64,000 bases of DNA, taken from the NCBI GenBank assembly GCA_020137815.1, contig CM035359.1, positions 6,758,001 to 6,822,000 of the forward strand, given 5' to 3'. Positions 1 to 11,504 of this stretch are shown here, piece by piece. The notes beneath the pieces are model-generated. The model was not told the DNA's origin. It saw only the letters and a list, made by a program, of their open reading frames with translations, and ran no database searches. Made by a program: the position numbers and the translations under genes. Source of the stretch: Hormiphora californensis (taxonomy: Eukaryota; Animalia; Ctenophora). Position 1 is the stretch's first letter. Every line of letters begins with the position of its first letter.

Positions 1-417
1 TAAAACACCTTAAGTGTTAAATGCAATGTCCGTGTATTGATTACGTGATCATTTCTATTTTCTGATTAGAAAAAGAATTTTTTTAATTTCAAAAAAGGTT
101 ATAAAAATTTTCTAAGGTACATACTACATATCAACCACGTCCGAATCGTTTATCGAATCAGTGCATCTTATCGCATGTCTTGCTGCTAATTAGACGGCTC
201 GAAACGAACCGATACGTGATACCATGCCGAATCTGGGCACTTTAAACGGGGTGAGGAAGAATTCGAATTTCAAAATATATTTTCCTCTGAAAATTCATGG
301 GGAGCACCGATCAAAGCATTGACAATCATTCTGTAGAATTTTGCAAAAAAAAGTTATGAAAATTTTTCAAAGGTATACAAACCACGTCCGAATCGTGTTT
401 CGAATCAGTGCATCTAA

Positions 418-2064
418 GGGCGCGCACAGACTGTTCATGCGTGATCATGTCCATAAGTGGGCAAGATTTTGGGTAAGTCGGAAGAACCTGTCCGTTCCTC
501 TCATGAGCGCTCATGAGTGTATCATGAGTGTGTCATGAGTGTATCATGAGTGTATCATGAGCGCTCATGAGACGTTTTTAGGTGTTTCAACGTCTCATGA
601 GCGCTCATGAGTGTGTCATGAGTGTGTCATGAGTGTATCATGAGCGCTCATGAGTGCTCATGAGACCTTGCTCATGAGCGCTCATGAGACATATGTCTCA
701 TCCCATCTCTGTTTCAATGTCTCATGAGCGCTCATGAGACGTTTTGACCTACATGTGCTCATGAGTGTATCATGAGACATGTCTCATGAGACATATATCT
801 CATGAGACGTTAGGGTTAGGGTTAGGGTTGGGTTTACGGTTGGGCTAGGGTTAGGGTTATCCTTTAGGTCTAGGGACCCGTAGGGATAGGGTTAGGGTTA
901 ACCCATAGGCTTGGACCTAGCCCTACCCTCTACAGGTCCCTAAACCTAAAGGAAAGCCCTAACCCTAGCCCAACCCTAAACCCAACCATAACCATAACCC
1001 TAACGTCTCATGAGATATATGTCTCATGAGACATGTCTCATGATACACTCATGAGCACATGTTGGTCAAAACGTCTCATGAGCGCTCATGAGACATTGAA
1101 ACAGAGATGGGATGAGACATATGTCTCATGAGCGCTCATGAGCAAGGTCTCATGAGCACTCATGAGCGCTCATGATACACTCATGACACACTCATGATAC
1201 ACTCATGAGCGCTCATGAGACGTTGAAACACCTTAAAACGTCTCATGAGCGCTCATGATACACTCATGATACACTCATGACACACTCATGATACACTCAT
1301 GAGCGCTCATGAGAGGAACGGACAGGTTCTTCTGACTTACCAGATTTTGATCAAGTCACGCAGACTGTTCAAGCTTGATCATCTGATCAAGCTTGGACAG
1401 TAAAAACTGAAACTTATTCATATCAAAGCAAAAACCACTGTACCCGACTAATTTTGATACTCTGAATCACGTAAGCTAGTTTTCAAATCCATCGGAGGTC
1501 GGGAAAGTGTCCTAATTGGGCATAATTGGGTCTAATTGACCCCACTTACAACTTGTCACCTGGAAATGACATGAGGGCACTTTTCCGACTAATTTTGATA
1601 CGCTGAATCACATAAGCAACTTTTCCAAGCCCCCAGAGGTCGGGAAATGCCCTAATTGAGCAATTAAAGTCAATTAGATCCAATTATACTAAATTAGGAC
1701 ACTTTCCCGACCTCTGGGGGCGTGGATTAGTTGTTCATGTGATTCAGCGTATCAAAATTAGTCGGAAAAGTGCCCTCACATAAGCGTCTATTATTTCCAG
1801 GTGACAAGTTTTAAGTGGGGTCAATTAGACCCAATTATGCCCAATTAGAACACTTTCCTGACCTCTGACGGATTTGAAAACTAGCTGACGTGATTCAGAG
1901 TATTAAAATTAGCCGGGTACAGTGGTTTTCGCTTTGATATGAATAAGTTTCAGTTTTTACTGTCCAAGCTTGATCAGATGATCAAGCTTGAACAGTCTGT
2001 GTGACTTGATCAAAATCTTGCCCACTTATGGACATGATCACGCATGAACAGTCTGTGCGCGCCC
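418..2064. mobile_element. Foldback/MITE with GGG...CCC termini inserted at a TTA site (PIF/Harbinger- or Kolobok-like, non-autonomous)
   Basis: Begins gggcgcgcacagactgttcatgcgtgatc and ends gatcacgcatgaacagtctgtgcgcgccc, with long inverted arms. Flanks are TAA and TTA. The uninterrupted sister copy reads catcTTAtcgca. Confidence 0.85.
472..1341. mobile_element. 870-bp foldback element with 8-bp TSD, internal ctcatgag repeats and TTAGGG-like tracts
   Basis: TIR ggtaagtcggaagaacctgtccgttcctctc / gagaggaacggacaggttcttctgacttacc. TSD AGATTTTG at 464-471 and 1342-1349. Palindromic nearly to the centre. Confidence 0.92.
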
Positions 2065-2330
2065 TTATCGCACGTCCTGTCACTAATTAGACGGTTCGAA
2101 ACTAACCGATACGTGATCCCCATGGGGCCAGTTTAACAAGCGTCAAAATTGCGACTCGATGGGCCTCATGGGGATCACATATCTGTTCGTTTCGAACCGT
2201 CTAATTACCGGCAAGCCATGCAATAAGGTGCACCGATTCGAAACACGATTTGGACGTGGTTACACTTTTGAAAATTTTTTCAAAAAAATTTCAAAAAAAT
2301 TTCTAAAAATTTTTGGGGGAAATTTATCCT

Positions 2331-2386
2331 GCCGTTAAATCGGGGTGCCGCTAAATCGAGGGCCGTTAAATCGGGGTCCGACTGTA
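2331..2386. mobile_element. Right terminus of a Tc1/mariner-like element (TIR CAGTCGGACCCCGATT)
   Basis: aaatcggggtccgactg followed by TA, preceded by gccgttaaatcg subterminal repeats. The same TIR occurs on the mini element at 36824-36905. Confidence 0.6.
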
Positions 2387-2548
2387 TTATTGTATTGACA
2401 GTATAGCAGGCCCCTCGCGGGTTCCGAATGGTCCTGGAAACCAACGTATTGCATTATTTGGTGATATAGACACCTGGCGCGACCCCCCGCACAGGTGTTT
2501 TTGTCACCAATTGCAGTGTTATACCTGAAACTAATGGAAGTATTATAC

Positions 2549-5500
2549 CTGAAGAAGTGCGCCAACGCCCTGACTGACGTAAAGCAGGCCAATCTTCAGT
2601 TTTCCATTGTTAGGTCCGAAGTAGGTGGAAGCGGCAGCGGGTAGGAGAGAGAAATTGGCAGATGATACAAAGGTTATAGTGCACACCCAGATAAAATACA
2701 TCACCTGGAGGGGAATGTAGAGTTGCATTACAGCTGGAAAACACCCCCAACTCATTCCCACCCTACTATATTTCTCCCTAATTGGGACAACTATTGACTA
2801 TGATTCCCCTCTCTATATAACTCACCCTTCTTTGCCCTAGATATATCATAAATCCCTGTGTTACTCACACTTCCTCCGGCGGTGGTGGCGTGGAAGGTAA
2901 ACATGAGAAGTGTCAGGATGGAGCTTTGAAGCATGAGGGCAGGCTGAATTCCAATGACATCACTCAAACTTCCCCAAATCAACCGTCCACCTCCATTCAT
3001 TATCCCTGTGGATGTTAATTAACTAATTAATTATCAGTGAGATCAATATTAGTTGGAATAATACATTGCTGCATATTTGCTGAAACAATTATTGTGCATA
3101 GTTCATCTTTCTAAGGCCAAGGGTCTAGAGGGGAGTATTAGCTCGAACTTTAATATACTTGATCCGGCTTGTTCAATGTCCGGATTGAATAACTCGACCG
3201 TATCTAAGTATCTTAAGCTCAATTACTCAACAGCGCATATGGCTAATAAGAGAATTCTTGTTACCTGTAATGGCCCCGGTTGTTGCCAGAAAATGATCGT
3301 TATTTATGAAGGATTCTCCGAAGACTTTACTCAGCGAGTTCATGAAAATGAAATCACTCCTAAAATATAAAATATAGTTGATATTAAAGCATTTTTCCAT
3401 GGAATATTGTATTACGATAAACTGCACCCATGCTTTTAAATACCCCACGAAGATCAAGATTATTTTCTTGTTAAATGTTTCGCTAAATTAGTAGGCTTTA
3501 CGAAATATTTAACGAGAAATTCATCTTGATGATTTTATATTTAGTAGTATTAGTGATTTTATATTTAGTAGTAATAGGTCGTTCCAAAAATAACTTTTTT
3601 TGCTAATACAAGTTAACTACCATCCACCGACCCTTCTTTTGTACCCAGAAAGAGGATTCATTTAAAAAGCACCGGCCGATAGTCCGGTACAAACTAAAAG
3701 ATATTGCAATGATTTACCTGCCAAGACCAAAGATAATAAAGAACACCCAGAAGTGAAGGCATGATAGCATTTTAAGTGGGGGTATTTCAGGTTGTGTAGA
3801 TATGCTTGGGGACATGAGGTGGAGTTTAGTTCCAACTAGCTGGGATTTCTCATCTTCTGTCGGCCGCGAAACCTAGGCACATATTATAATAGTTGTAAAT
3901 TGAACAAAAACAATCTGAATTTCGAATCTGTTCTGGTGAAGATTCTTTTATGAAGAACTTATTCTTCTCCTAATTATAAGAAGCAAAGAAAAAAGGTAAA
4001 GAAAGGAAGATTTTTGTGATTTATACACGTACCAGAGCGATAGCAATTGCAAGAAGGACTCCACTAACAGCAGCAATTATTAGAAACGATAGTGGAACTC
4101 TTCGAAGTAGATCTGGCTGTGAGAAATACTTCTCCTTCGGATAGCCCTGTAAAAAGGATTTTAACATTTGCTTTCAGGCCTCTATTATATAAGATTACAT
4201 AACATGGCTATTGGGGGGGGAACAATCGTGCCTGAATATCGGATTCAGGCACGACTGTTTTGCCTCAAAGGGTTTTGTGACTCACTTGATACTAAAAAAC
4301 TTGGGCGTTCGAACTTTATGTATACATACATATATAAGAATTAGAGCTAGTACATATGTTAAATCATGTATTCATTATGAATCACATTATTACCGGGTAA
4401 GGAGCATCGTCTGGCGTATAGTTCCACGGGTTGATGAAAGAGGATTGTGCTGTTGCAAATATGAACCCACTCAGCCCACTACCAAGGGCCGAAACTCCAG
4501 CAGCGAGCCCTCGTTTTTTGGGAAACCACTCCATTGCAGTCGAAAGGAAGGTCACTAGCAGGACACCTATAATTGAGGGTTTATATTTACAGGCACTAGC
4601 AGGACACCTATAATTGAGGGTTATTTACAGGCACTAGTAGCTGACAAAGACATTGTCATCGATACGAGTATAATCACGGTCGTGATCAGTTACCTTGGTT
4701 ACCACATTGAACAACTTTTTGATACCCATTTTCTTTACTGGTAACCAATAATTGGCTATACGGTTATTTGTCGCGACCGAATTTATTGTAAAGAATGTTA
4801 AGTAAGGGGTAACGAGGTACTAGCTAAAGGATTGATCGTGACCCCATTTTATCGAGAAACTACTCTTCTTCGTTACTGGAGTTAATGGGTTGAAAATACA
4901 AAATTTTGGTAGAGCTACTTGAGTAACTCTCCCCTCTCTTCTTGGGCTCAGCCCGGCTCAACTCATTTAAAGTCTGATCTTGTCATCTTGAATATCCCAT
5001 TCCCAATTACGACTTTATTTATTTAGTTCACAATACTAATTAATTACCTTCACAGTATCCGATAATACAGTAAATGACTATCACTGCTCCGAAGTTACTC
5101 AGGGCGAGAGTGTTTAGCATGATAGACGCTACAAAGACAATGCTAACTCCAATCAACGACATCTTGTATCCTAGTTTGGAAAGGATCGTTAATCGTTATT
5201 AACATGAAGAATTAGTATCATGGCTAATACTACTTTTTGTACAATTTCAAAATCACAAATGTTTCATGGCTAATTTGAATATACAGTCCTCAGTAATTGA
5301 ACTGACCTATAAGTATTTCCAGTAGGCCCCCTGTGAACATTGTCCCAGAGAGGATAATAGTACACATGATAGGGACAAAGGAAACTCCACTTGACCTCAC
5401 TTCCTCACCCTGAGGGAAATAAATTGAGTAAATCATTTAGCTATCTAGTATCTATCACAATTTTATGTTTATCATTTAGAATAATTTTATTAATGTTCGA

Positions 5501-5812
5501 ACGTTAAAATTTTCCACATGCTTGCTCTACTTAAAAAATCGCTTAATAGATTTAATGTAATATAATTACATGTTTTTCCCTCAAATATGAGACCACATAA
5601 AGCAGAACATTTCCAAAAGAGTTGACTGGAAATCCTGAGGCCAGGTTGCCAAGACAACATGCTGCCAACACTTTATACGACTTGACATCGAGGTCAGTCA
5701 GGGGCATCTGATGGGATGAAGAGTTAGCAGCAGAAGAAGGCATTAGTAGATCTAGTAGATAGAATCGATTAAAAGAAAATATAGACGATGTTAGAAAACG
5801 ATAATAGGGCAT
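2549..5812 (-). CDS. MFS transporter, oxalate:formate antiporter (OFA)-like; multi-exon, last exon(s) not found in the window
   Basis: In-frame GT-AG exons at ~5812(or 5743)-5570, ~5410-5308, ~5170-5048, ~4566-4394, ~4146-4033, ~3872-3718, ~3360-3264, ~3005-2869 and ~2704-2549. Motifs FGNVLLYVVSYLR, MEWFPKKRGLAAG, FINPWNYTPDDAPYP, EKYFSQPDLLRRVP, NGGGRLIWGSLSD and FSLLPAAASTYFGP are typical of eukaryotic OFA-type MFS proteins. Confidence 0.88.
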
Positions 5813-6827
5813 CTAACGAACAAAATTAATGATGTGGGAAATAATGAACTGTTTATGAGAGTTGGATATTATGGTCCTTATAATATTTTGGGTGCTCATG
5901 ATTTTAGAGTTCATTTAGTTGCAAAATCAAACAATTAAACGAACAAACTTTGCATACTATGTAGTAGCTTGCTTAGAACATATCGACCGACGACCATCTC
6001 TCGCAAATATGTCATAAAAAGCAAAATCAATTAACTTTTCCTGAAATTAAAGGCTGTTACCTTACGTCAGATAACGGCTCGGTACAACTCCAACTAGAAG
6101 TTAGCAACTCCAGAAACAGGAGAGAACACTTCAAAGCAGAGAAGAACCACACCCAATGATAGTTGCAGTATCTTGTTGCTGCTCGATATCTCCAAAAACA
6201 GCAAAACCGCAACTGTATATACTATAACCAGACGTAGGAGAAGCTTGACTTTCCGTAAATAAAGTGCGTCTGATTTGAGAGTCCACGATCCAACGTTCTC
6301 TCTACCAATATGATCTCTGTCTGATCTCTCCCTCTCTCTTTTTCTCTCTCTTTCTCTCTCTTCTCTCTCTTTTTCTCTCTCTCTGTTTCTGGTTCGACCA
6401 ACTACTTAAGATAACGATTACAGACCGCCATTATATATACATTGAGGGTAAATACCGAGCCGCAGACTCTTATAGAGAGTATAAACTGCATGACCATGAA
6501 AGAGAGAGAAAGAGAGAGAAAATACTTAGAGATAACTTGGAAGCTAGCTTCATAATCATACGATATAGGGTGGGGTATTATGAGTTCAAAAAGAAGTTTT
6601 TAATGCAGCACTAGGAAATGAGAAAGAATAATGGACGCATTGAAAAAGAGAGTATGATGCATATAATATATTGGTTACCATGGACACGAGTCAATTGGTG
6701 AGATGCAGCTGTGCATGAACAGATTGGTGCACCATATTGTCCATTTAATGTCAATTACTTATCCAATCAATGATTGAATCTATGTTATAGAGCGGTGAAA
6801 TGCAGGAGGAAAATAGTTGTGACTGAA

Positions 6828-6965
6828 ACTCAGGTTCAGGTTACGGCTATATAATTAACTCCCGAGAGCCAGAGATCTCAGGGTTATTCTTGACTATTCC
6901 CTAAAAATTTCCCTGAAATCTCAGGCTAGGGAAAAGCTGTGACAACTGCAGCAGTCTGGGTGGTC
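6828..6965. repeat. Short dispersed repeat; related copies at ~11690-11790 and ~37403-37570
   Basis: Shared ctcaggttcaggt, gagatctcagg, cctgaggtttagg and ccctaaa..ttccctgaaa motifs, in both orientations. Confidence 0.5.
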
Positions 6966-7954
6966 ACAGGTACCGTCTAAGCTTCGCTCCCCGTTAACAT
7001 TGCCTGTATTCTGTAACCTACCCGCAGTGCAGTGTGTGTGACTGTTTCCCCCACAGTATTACAAGTTGCTACAGTTCAGTATAATTGCAGTCACTGGTTA
7101 TTTGGTAACCGTGCTAATCCCACATTAGATGGAAATTGCTTTAGCTTGGTTATACATTAGCTTGGTTATACATTGCAACTGCATAATGTAATATGCGAAG
7201 CCAAATGTTACAAATTATCCACTAGAGTTTATAGGGCGTTTTAGTGTCTAAACTGTTTAGCAGTTGGGAAGGATAAGTTGTTTATGGGATCGATAACTGA
7301 AGCAGGAAGTAGTTGATGTCAAAGTATATAGAAGGGGCCCTTCTAGTTCCACGAAACTGAGGACACAAATATGTGTGCTGCATATAGTTTTTCTAATTTT
7401 GTGATCAAGCACCTTTCATAATGCTCTTGAAAACTGAGTATTGCTCTTGAAAACTGAGTATTGATCAGGGTTCATAGAAAAATCTAAAAATATTATCATC
7501 CGGGTTAGAGATGGTAATTGTACCTGAAGTTGAAAAAGGCCCTTGCCGGTACTTCCCAGAAACATAACACCTCGTGACGCCACGATTTACTATGTGGTTA
7601 GGAAGAAATAAAATATGTATAGCTAGCAGTTGTATTTTTAAGGCATCTGAAACCTAAACAGGTTAACGATGTCACTATTTGGTTCATTGGTGTTCACTGT
7701 TCAGGAAAATATTCGCACGGAGAAGACACGACTATATCGCTGAAACGTTAAAGTTCCGTAAACCGTGATCACCGAGAACTGATAAAACTGTAAAGATACA
7801 CGATTCTTGATTGTTTAGAAATAGTCTCTAGCTCTTTCCAAAATAGGATTACTCCCGAAACACAAACTATTAATTGATCCGGATTTCAATATGCAGACAT
7901 TACTGGCGTTAGAATATTAGGATATATGGGTTATCCTCATTCATTATCCTCACT

Positions 7955-8145
<191 letters not shown>

Positions 8146-8259
8146 CTCCTTTTCTCTACCTTAAGCGTTTCCTTTTGCCCATCATTTCTAATAGAAACCA
8201 TACAAGCAGTTTGGAATATGTATGGGACATCTAAACCCGCGTATATCAAGATATGTTGT

Positions 8260-10533
8260 TGAATAAAGATTGAGCCGACTGCAGGGAACAAAGTAAAGTA
8301 CCTAAAATTAAAAAAGTTTGTAGAAAAACACATCAAGCTAGCTAAACAGAAATACTACACAGAATTTTTTGAACGACATGTCACCGACAGCAAAAAGCAG
8401 TGGTCCATGATCAATAGCCTTTTGAATAGAAACCCCAAAACTAGAGTCAACATCAACAAACTTGACTATAAAGACAGGCAACTAACTGACAACCAAGACA
8501 TGACTGAGGCCTTCAATGACTATTTCTCCAATATTGCTAGAAACCTAAAAGGTGATATCCAATTAAGCAATAATATAACCATGCCGAAAAGCAGTAGGTG
8601 CCTCAACGACATGGCACACACAACAGTTACAACCTCTGAAGTTAAGACACTCATCAAATCCTTAAGCGACAAAGCAACATCTGACACTAACATTAAGCCG
8701 CTAAAGGCTTCTAGCTCTGTTATGTCGCAACTCATAGCCTTCGCAATATCAAATTCTATAGCACAAGGAATTGTACCCAGAAAACTAAAAATAGCTAAAG
8801 TTATACCGCTGCACAAAGGGGGGTCAAAAACTGAAATAAAAAATTACAGGCCAATTTCACTACTCTCAGCCTTCTCCAAAATCTACGAAAAAGCAATGCA
8901 ATCCCGACTAGTTAGCCATCTAAAAGCAAACAACATACTCTTTACTTCTCAGTATGGCTTTCGGGCAGGCCACTCCTGTGAACATGCTCTCTTAGATGCC
9001 CAGCACAACTTAATCAACGCTTTAGAACGTAAGCAGGTAGCGGCCCTTCTTCTACTTGATTTTAGCAAAGCTTTTGATATGGTAGAACATAAAATTTTGC
9101 TCGAAAAATTAGAGCACTATGGGGTTAGGGGCGCAAATTTAGAATGGTTCAGCTCATACCTAACAAATAGAAACCAGTATGTACATCTCCAAAACTGTAA
9201 TTCTGAAATGAAAAAAATTGAACACGGAGTTCCACAAGGATCTATCCTTGGACCTACACTTTTTATTATTTATATAAACGACTTACCATTATCTACTAAC
9301 CTAGCTAAATTCTTTATTTTTGCAGATGACTCTAATCTAATGCTTGAGGCAAGTAACCCTATCGAACTGGAGCATAAGTGCAACTTAGCTCTCAATGCAG
9401 TTCATGATTGGGTCTCTGCAAATGGCCTAAAATTGAATGTAGACAAAACAAATTTATTATACTTCACTAATAACAATCAACATAAAGGCTACACCATGTC
9501 TTTGTCACTCAATGGCAAAAATATTACACAAAAAGATGAAGCCAAGTTCCTAGGAGTAATAGTAGACTCTAAACTTAACTGGAATCAACATTTAATTGCT
9601 CTCAAATCAAAAATTTCCCGAAACGCTGGGATACTTTATAAGCTAAGAGAAATTCTCCCAACTAAGGCCCTCAAAAATATCTATCATGGCTTCATTGAAT
9701 CCCATCTGTTATATTGTTCATCAGTATGGGGCACTGTCCCAAGTTCCCGCCTCTCTAATCTATTCTCGGCACAAAAAAAGGCCATACGGGCAATTAGCCC
9801 CGACCACGTAAATTTCTTCTTTAATCCATCCAATAATAAGATTCCCACTCACACCAAACCCATTTTTAGAAAACTCTCCCTCCTATCCCTTCCCAATCTG
9901 ATCTCTAAAAACATTGTAGGGATATTACAAAAGGTCAGACTAGGAGTTGCACCAACGCAAATCACTAGCCTATTCCAACAAAGTATCCTACTCCCCACCT
10001 GTCACAGCACACGGCAGGAGCAGTCAAATGTTTTCGTTTTTCGCTATTTTAGACTAACTCGCTCAAATTACCAAATCGCTTACGTAGGCCCCAGACTCTA
10101 CAATAAAATAGTCCAACTCGCGTCGAAGAATAGCAACAATGACAGTGCAAAACAAACTAAGTTAAGTAACAAATTCTTTGACCCATTCAAAAGAAGCGTC
10201 ACAAAATTACTCCTCGAAATTCAATCTCTCCCCAACCTAGACCTAAACTCAGACGCTGACGCATGGGGAGACACTAATTCTCTAGTATCTCTAGCCAAAT
10301 GAAATCTGATCTCCAATCCCCTCTCTCTCTCTCTACCTCCGGTCTCCCATAGATAGATATATTTCACTGTCAACCACGCGATCCGTACTAAATTCCACCT
10401 AATCCCACTCATATCCAAATAATGTTTATATTTATTCATAGCGTGACAATATAATTACTAATTCTATATAACTGCCCATAAAAGCGGCGACCCCTCCATG
10501 AGAGGTTCTTTGATTGATTGATTGATTGATTGA
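8260..10533 (+). mobile_element. 5'-truncated non-LTR retrotransposon (CR1/L2-group LINE) with (GATT)n tail
   Basis: The reading frame is open from ~8265 through the RT domain to the stop at 10302. A short 3'UTR follows, then a tgattgattgatt tail at 10511-10533. No endonuclease domain is present. Confidence 0.9.
8407..10302 (+). CDS. LINE ORF2 reverse transcriptase (partial)
   Basis: Motifs KIAKVIPLHKGG, NYRPISLL, QYGFR, LDFSKAFD, GVPQGSILGP, FADD and KFLGV. Confidence 0.95.
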   Translation: MINSLLNRNPKTRVNINKLDYKDRQLTDNQDMTEAFNDYFSNIARNLKGDIQLSNNITMPKSSRCLNDMAHTTVTTSEVKTLIKSLSDKATSDTNIKPLKASSSVMSQLIAFAISNSIAQGIVPRKLKIAKVIPLHKGGSKTEIKNYRPISLLSAFSKIYEKAMQSRLVSHLKANNILFTSQYGFRAGHSCEHALLDAQHNLINALERKQVAALLLLDFSKAFDMVEHKILLEKLEHYGVRGANLEWFSSYLTNRNQYVHLQNCNSEMKKIEHGVPQGSILGPTLFIIYINDLPLSTNLAKFFIFADDSNLMLEASNPIELEHKCNLALNAVHDWVSANGLKLNVDKTNLLYFTNNNQHKGYTMSLSLNGKNITQKDEAKFLGVIVDSKLNWNQHLIALKSKISRNAGILYKLREILPTKALKNIYHGFIESHLLYCSSVWGTVPSSRLSNLFSAQKKAIRAISPDHVNFFFNPSNNKIPTHTKPIFRKLSLLSLPNLISKNIVGILQKVRLGVAPTQITSLFQQSILLPTCHSTRQEQSNVFVFRYFRLTRSNYQIAYVGPRLYNKIVQLASKNSNNDSAKQTKLSNKFFDPFKRSVTKLLLEIQSLPNLDLNSDADAWGDTNSLVSLAK

Positions 10534-11504
10534 TAGGTACTCAGCTCAGACCATCATACAATCGTGTGATATTCAATCCAAAGAACGATTGAAAATGAGA
10601 GAGAATTTTTATTGGTGATGGAGCTATCTGTATACGTTTACGATCTGAATCAGATTGAACTCCCGGTTTCTTGATACAATTATTATACCCCTATTACACA
10701 CGTGATGCCAAGAGATTACTATTGGGTGACAAAGAGTGGCCTATAATATTGAAACAATTCGATTTGAATTTGTTTTGGTTTACTATGAAACAGAATGATT
10801 GTAATTGCACTGAACGAATTGGCACAGGACGATTGAAACATATTGCAAGGAACCCATGTGAGGTTCTGTCGAATTATGAAAAACATGATAATATGACATG
10901 ACCGGAATTTAAATGAATGACTAATACATGATGAGGTAAAATTTATTTTTGGAAGCGGTGGTGTACTGTTTATTGAAACGTAACATCTAAAAAGGAAAGT
11001 TTTGAGGTTAAAATAAGTAAAAATCATTCATCGACAAATAAGACGAATTTGATAAGTACACTCATGATCTCTAGTCTACTCCCTCAAATATGTTTTAAAA
11101 ACTAATTTTTACAGATTTATTACAGTATTTTTCTTTGTTTTTAACACTTATGATAGAAATTAAAATAAGAAAATAAACTAGACCGTACCTTAAATTTTCA
11201 ACACAACCATATTGATGATTAATACCAATAACTCAATATATTGTACTTATTTTGCAATCCATAAACATCATAATGAAATTGAATGATCCATTTGTTCCGA
11301 GAAATGACCACAGAGCTTCAGATATTCTTATTCATTTTTATATCATACTTACTAATAATGACTCTTATTTTATTGTACATCCTATTAATTTATACATTTT
11401 CCTCAGTACTCCAAATTATACTTGCAAGTTATACAAAACCAACTTGGAAACTTTCAATTTAATCCATTTTGCCAAATAATAGCTTTTCTGCGGTGTCTGC
11501 ACTA

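Larger units (their letters stand above)
350..2290. mobile_element. Outer degenerate palindromic element, host of two nested insertions; a further arm copy lies at ~80-225
   Basis: The arm aaccacgtccgaatcgtgtttcgaatc...catc|ttatcgcac...gatacgtgatccccatggggcc is split by the 418-2064 insertion and is mirrored at ~2160-2290. An uninterrupted copy sits at ~130-225. Boundaries are approximate. Confidence 0.65.
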
